This document shows positions 59,927 to 64,000 of a stretch of DNA of 64,000 bases, in pieces (the stretch's first letter is position 1; each line of letters begins with the position of its first letter). The DNA is from Candidatus Saccharimonadales bacterium (GTDB lineage Bacteria > Patescibacteriota > Saccharimonadia > Saccharimonadales > UBA10212). The position numbers and the translations under genes are program-made. The notes beneath the pieces are model-generated. The model did no database searches. It had not been told where the DNA came from and saw only the letters and a program-made list of their open reading frames with translations. The DNA is taken from assembly GCA_035758565.1 (NCBI GenBank), contig DASTXL010000001.1:396981-460980 (forward strand), given 5' to 3'.

Positions 59927-60679
59927 TTAGACTAAGGTGAGGATTTCGGCGCCGTTATCCGTAACTAAGACAGTATGCTCAAAGTGGGCACCCAAAGACC
60001 CGTCGCGGGCGACAATGGTCCAGCCGTCTTTAGCTACGTTAATACGCCAATCGCCTAAAGTCGCCATGGGCTCAACGCAGATTGTGGCCCCGGCCGGCAA
60101 GACGGACCCCGTACCAGCTACACCATAATTCGGCACATTTGGTTCCTCGTGGATATTTTGACCCACTCCATGTCCCACCAAATCTCGGATCACACCTAGT
60201 TTGTGTTGATTTAGCACCTTCTCGACTGCGGCGGCAATATCACCAACCCTGGTTCCCTCTCCCTTTATGGCATTGATGCCGGCCTCCATTGCAAGCTTAG
60301 TACCCTCCACAAGTCTTTTTTTATCACCTGTTGGCTCTTCGCCAGCAATCAAAGTAAGAGCCGAGTCGACCACATAACCCTTATGGGCAACTGTTAAATC
60401 CAGCTTAACTACATCGCCAGTCTTAAATGGTTCTTTGCCCGGTATGCCATGCACAATCTCGTCATTGACAGAAATGCATATAACATCTGGATACCCTTCG
60501 TAGCCAAGCAATACTGCCTGAAGACCAGCTTCTTGGATATAACCCGCTGCGCTTTTAGCTATTTGCTTAGGGGTTACGCCGGGCTGAACTTCTTTTTTTA
60601 ATTGATCAAGTATCTGGGCCAGCATTTGGCCGCCAGTCCGCATTAATTCAATTTCTTGATCTGTTTTTGGTCTAATCAC
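59927..60679 (-). CDS. map: methionine aminopeptidase type I
   Basis: CISVN.EIVHGIP, GHGVG..IHEEP, EPM, HFEHTV. Confidence 0.97.
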   Translation of the reverse strand: MIRPKTDQEIELMRTGGQMLAQILDQLKKEVQPGVTPKQIAKSAAGYIQEAGLQAVLLGYEGYPDVICISVNDEIVHGIPGKEPFKTGDVVKLDLTVAHKGYVVDSALTLIAGEEPTGDKKRLVEGTKLAMEAGINAIKGEGTRVGDIAAAVEKVLNQHKLGVIRDLVGHGVGQNIHEEPNVPNYGVAGTGSVLPAGATICVEPMATLGDWRINVAKDGWTIVARDGSLGAHFEHTVLVTDNGAEILTLV

Positions 60680-60685
60680 TCGGCT

Positions 60686-61222
60686 TTAAGTTTCTAATAT
60701 CTTTTTAATAGCTGCCTCGACTGCATCGGGAGTGTTCTCGCCATTCACTTCGTCAACTTTGAGGCCTTGGCTGCGCAAATAATCAATCACTGGAGTAGTA
60801 ATTTTGTTGTAGGTTTCCAAACGGTGAAGAATTATTTCTTTTTTGTCGTCGTAGCGACCGCGGGCCAGCATGCGCTTCAATACAACATCGCCCGAAACGT
60901 CCAGTTTTATAATAGCGCCGAGCTTAATTTTGCCAGATTTAACTTTTTTAACCAGCCATTCAGCTTGCGGCACCGAGCGCGGGAAACCATCTAGTATGAA
61001 GTCGGTGCTCGAAGATTCCAATTGCTGCAAGGCAGGCTCCACAATATCTATTACTTCTTGATCGTCGACTAAATCGCCAGCGCGCATTTTGGCTTCGCGT
61101 TCCGGGGTTAGTTCGCGGCGCAATAGATTGCTAGTTGAGATCCTAGGGATAAAAAGTCGGGCAGCTAAGCGAGCAGTCTGTTCACTCTTGCCCGAGCCCA
61201 CCGACCCCATGATAATAATCAT
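60686..61222 (-). CDS. adk: adenylate kinase (short, LID-less)
   Basis: G..GSGK, G.LV.D, FILDGFPR, RGRYDD. Confidence 0.9.
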   Translation of the reverse strand: MIIIMGSVGSGKSEQTARLAARLFIPRISTSNLLRRELTPEREAKMRAGDLVDDQEVIDIVEPALQQLESSSTDFILDGFPRSVPQAEWLVKKVKSGKIKLGAIIKLDVSGDVVLKRMLARGRYDDKKEIILHRLETYNKITTPVIDYLRSQGLKVDEVNGENTPDAVEAAIKKILET

Positions 61223-61671
61223 TGCTTCTCCAGTGCCGCCTTGACTAACCGGGCTATTGTAGCGCCGTCGGCCCGAGCGCCTAGCCTGCTACGAACCGCT
61301 CCAATAACTTTGCCCATATCAGCTGGTGAGGGATTTTCCATCTTGGCTAGCTCTTCATCAACCACAGCCTGAACTTCCTCCTCAGAGAGCTGAGCCGGCA
61401 AATAGACGTCTATAATAGCCTTTTCGTCTTGTTCCGCTTGGGCGCGTTCGGTCTCGCCGACTTTTTCATACAGTTCGGCGGCTTCGGCACGCTTTTTTGA
61501 TTCGCGACTTAGTATTTTAGTGACTTGGTCGTCGTCTAAGCCCGTCTCGCGAGCATTTTGGCTGATAGCCTCATTAAGCAAAACACTTTTAACTAAGCGT
61601 AGTGTCTCAACTTTTTTCTTATCACCAGAGAGTAGTGCGGCCTTTAAGTCGCGTTCTATTTGCTCTTGCAT
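61219..61671 (-). CDS. yqeY: GatB/YqeY domain protein
   Basis: K.R.E....Y, YLPAQLSEEE, DMGKV.G, ADG; follows rpsU. Confidence 0.92.
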   Translation of the reverse strand: MQEQIERDLKAALLSGDKKKVETLRLVKSVLLNEAISQNARETGLDDDQVTKILSRESKKRAEAAELYEKVGETERAQAEQDEKAIIDVYLPAQLSEEEVQAVVDEELAKMENPSPADMGKVIGAVRSRLGARADGATIARLVKAALEKQ

Positions 61672-61681
61672 GATGGCGTTC

Positions 61682-61894
61682 CTACCGTCCTAGTTTGAGC
61701 TTCTTAACCTTAGCAGCTTTGCGCTCGCGACGAACAATAGCTTTGACTCGACGGTCGCGCTTACTCATTGGCTTTTCAAAATACTGAGACTGCTTAGCGG
61801 CAGACAAAACACCAGACTGAGAAACCTTGCGACCAAAACGACGAAGCAGATTCTCAACTGATTCTTTTGAGTCTTTTCTTGTAACTTGTATCAT
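61682..61894 (-). CDS. rpsU: 30S ribosomal protein S21
   Basis: ES.E.LLRRF.RKV...G, YFEKP, basic tail. Confidence 0.88.
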   Translation of the reverse strand: MIQVTRKDSKESVENLLRRFGRKVSQSGVLSAAKQSQYFEKPMSKRDRRVKAIVRRERKAAKVKKLKLGR

Positions 61895-61963
61895 TGCTTG
61901 GTTATTTTACATTAACAGAGGTAATCCATCAACCCCTATTCTCCGTTAACTGCCTTCTGGCGG

Positions 61964-62257
61964 CTAGAGGCGTTGCTGGCGCTTTTGATTAGCCGCGCGT
62001 TGACTCTTTAAAACAATGCTCTGCAGTTCCTTAAAGATTGGAAACTGTTTATTAGTGTAGTAAATCTTGGTGTTGCTTTGCTTTTCCGAGATCAAAAAAC
62101 CGATCTTTTCTAGGCGTTTTAGTTCGCGCTGAATGTTGCCAGCATCTTCTTTAATAAGTTTAGCCAGGCCCCGGACGTGTGTTTTAAAGTCGGGATATTT
62201 AGCATAGACCACGATGATCTTGCGCCTTACACGAGATGTAATGAAGGTATCTAGCAT
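61964..62257 (-). CDS. winged helix-turn-helix transcriptional regulator
   Basis: S.VR.KI, HVRGLAK...AGNIQREL.RL...G.L (ArsR-like wHTH). Confidence 0.8.
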   Translation of the reverse strand: MLDTFITSRVRRKIIVVYAKYPDFKTHVRGLAKLIKEDAGNIQRELKRLEKIGFLISEKQSNTKIYYTNKQFPIFKELQSIVLKSQRAANQKRQQRL

Positions 62258-62267
62258 GCTCCACCTT

Positions 62268-62318
62268 ATTGTTATTCAGACAACGTATAGTATAGCTAAA
62301 GGTTGCGATGTTTGCAAC
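62268..62318 (-). promoter_or_regulatory. promoter of the wHTH gene with two 17-bp inverted-repeat sites
   Basis: TTGCAA-17-TATACT; ATTGTTATTCAGACAAC (62268-62284) and GTTGCGATGTTTGCAAC (62302-62318). Confidence 0.5.
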
Positions 62319-62359
62319 GCTTGAGTATTAACCCTACTTTGGCAGTATAAACTATAACC

Positions 62360-64000
62360 ATGCATTACTACGAGGTACTGATTGCTGACGGACATTATCA
62401 TTCCAATGCTCCGCTGACTTATTCTTCGGACGATGCGTTGCCGCTGCTTAGTGTGGTCACTGTTCCTCTGCGCCAACGGAATGTGACTGGTTTTATCGTA
62501 AGCGAGCCGACTACGCCGCCCCAGTTCAAGGTTAAGCCAATAAAAAGTGTCCTCAGCGAGCAGCCCTTGCCTTACCACTGCCTGCAGCTAGCCGAATGGA
62601 TAAAAGATTATTACCACTCAACGCTTGCCGAAGCTTTGCGCCAATTTGCACCAAGTAAACCCACTATTAGGCGCAGTAAAAAGGAACCGACTGTCTTAGA
62701 GCCGCAAGACTCAGGCGCCGCAGAACCGCCGCTTACCGCCGAACAAAAAAAAGCTTTGGACTTTATAAAAGATCTAGCTAGCACCACCGTACTTTTACAC
62801 GGAGAAACTGGCTCGGGAAAAACAAGAGTTTATCTAGAATTAGCCAAAAAGACGCTGAGCAGTGGAAAATCAGCTATTTTACTAACCCCCGAGATATCTT
62901 TAACATCTCAACTTTTATTAAACGTCCGACGGCAAATCAAAAGTCCGGTGTTTGTCTTGCACTCGCAGCTCAGCGATGCCGAAAGAAAGCGTATTTGGTT
63001 TGAAATATTAGAGGCTACCGAGCCGATTGTCGTTATTGGCCCTCGCTCGGCCTTATTTACTCCGGTTAATTCCATAGGTCTCATCGTTCTGGATGAGACT
63101 CATGAGCCCGCCTATAAACAAGATCAGTCTCCTTACTACCACGCTGCCAGGGTAGCCAGCCAATTAGCCAGCCTAACAGAAGCTAAAGTTATTTTGGGCA
63201 GCGCTACTCCATCAGTCGCTGACTATTATTTAGCCCAACAAAAACAGGCCATAGTCCGCATGAAGCAACCGGCAATTCAATCTGAAACATCGGTGCTAAC
63301 CGAAATAGTAGACCTAAAAGAGCGCTCTAACTTCGGTAGAAGCTCTTATCTATCAAATAAGTTGCTTGATGCTATAAAAACAACATTATCTGCCAAAAAA
63401 CAGATAATAATCTATTTGAATCGTCGCGGCTCTGCTAGAGCTATCCTCTGTAATGCCTGTGGCTGGCAATTCTATTGCCCTAATTGTGATGTACCTCTGG
63501 TATATCACGGTGATGACCATCTGGCCCGTTGCCATATCTGCGGTTTTAAAAAATCGCCACCGGTTGCCTGCCCCAAATGCAACAATCCAGAGATCATATA
63601 TCACACTATGGGCACTAAGGCTTTGGTTGATGAAGTTGCCAGGCTTTTTCCCGAGGCTTTTGTTCGACGTTTCGACAGCGATAACATCGCTGGTGAGCAA
63701 CTTCACGACGTTTATGACGAGCTCAGAAGCGGCAAGGTTGACATCCTGGTGGGCACCCAGTTGCTTGCTAAGGGCCTAGACTTGCCAAGCCTAGGGTTAG
63801 TAGGCATAGTCAACGCCGAAGCCTCTTTGGGCCTGCCCGACTACACCGCCGAAGAGCGAGCCTTTCAGCTGCTTTACCAGATTATCGGTCGAGTTGGCCG
63901 CGGCCACGGCGAAGGACGCGTAGTGGTACAAAGCTATGACCCTCAGAATATTGTGGTCAGTTCGGCCCTGAAACGCGACTGGGAAGCTTTTTATGAGCGC
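62360..64000 (+). CDS. priA: primosomal protein N' (partial, runs off the window end)
   Basis: Manual translation: MHYYEV..., LLHGETGSGKTRVY, PEISLT, DETHE..YKQ, LGSATPS, LNRRG, four CxxC pairs, GTQLLAKGLD, GRVGR. Confidence 0.95.
   Translation, partial: MHYYEVLIADGHYHSNAPLTYSSDDALPLLSVVTVPLRQRNVTGFIVSEPTTPPQFKVKPIKSVLSEQPLPYHCLQLAEWIKDYYHSTLAEALRQFAPSKPTIRRSKKEPTVLEPQDSGAAEPPLTAEQKKALDFIKDLASTTVLLHGETGSGKTRVYLELAKKTLSSGKSAILLTPEISLTSQLLLNVRRQIKSPVFVLHSQLSDAERKRIWFEILEATEPIVVIGPRSALFTPVNSIGLIVLDETHEPAYKQDQSPYYHAARVASQLASLTEAKVILGSATPSVADYYLAQQKQAIVRMKQPAIQSETSVLTEIVDLKERSNFGRSSYLSNKLLDAIKTTLSAKKQIIIYLNRRGSARAILCNACGWQFYCPNCDVPLVYHGDDHLARCHICGFKKSPPVACPKCNNPEIIYHTMGTKALVDEVARLFPEAFVRRFDSDNIAGEQLHDVYDELRSGKVDILVGTQLLAKGLDLPSLGLVGIVNAEASLGLPDYTAEERAFQLLYQIIGRVGRGHGEGRVVVQSYDPQNIVVSSALKRDWEAFYER

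Noticed and set aside
1-64000. CRISPR array, tRNA/rRNA genes, IS elements, integron attC sites
   Set aside because: No regularly spaced repeats, cloverleafs or transposase/integrase ORFs. The cassette hairpins lack recognisable RYYYAAC/GTTRRRY ends.
1-64000. Alternative genetic code (TGA as Gly, as in Gracilibacteria)
   Set aside because: Core genes and 14-kb ORFs are intact under code 11, and TGA acts as a stop in ATGA overlaps.

Overview
Chromosomal segment of a reduced-genome bacterium, most likely Candidatus Saccharibacteria (Patescibacteria/CPR). This is inferred from the compact core gene set, short ProRS and Adk, missing pyrH/cdsA/dxr in the rpsB-tsf-frr-uppS-rseP-proS cluster, giant surface proteins and near-leaderless genes. 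Most of the window is housekeeping: lysS, greA, proS, rseP, uppS, polyprenyl synthase, frr, tsf, rpsB, rpmE2, prfA, prmC, htrA, LCP, lepB, parAB, rplU, ileS, nrdJ/nrdR, ftsZA, map, adk, yqeY, rpsU and priA. Four things stand out. (1) Three small high-GC cassettes (five genes, one a PI-synthase-like CDP-alcohol phosphotransferase) sit between core genes. Each has an AT-rich promoter, a long leader with a strong SD and a tandem pair of 3' hairpins, unlike most neighbouring genes. (2) A ~27.6 kb locus encodes cell-anchored, phage-tail-fibre-like modular proteins (4696, 1524 and 2096 aa, plus a triple-LamG protein and a small Cys4 protein), with no other phage genes. (3) A palindromic element is inserted in frame in prmC. 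(4) An actinobacterial-style, probably translational T-box precedes ileS. No rRNA, tRNA, CRISPR array, transposase or integrase was seen. All calls are by eye; no searches were run.
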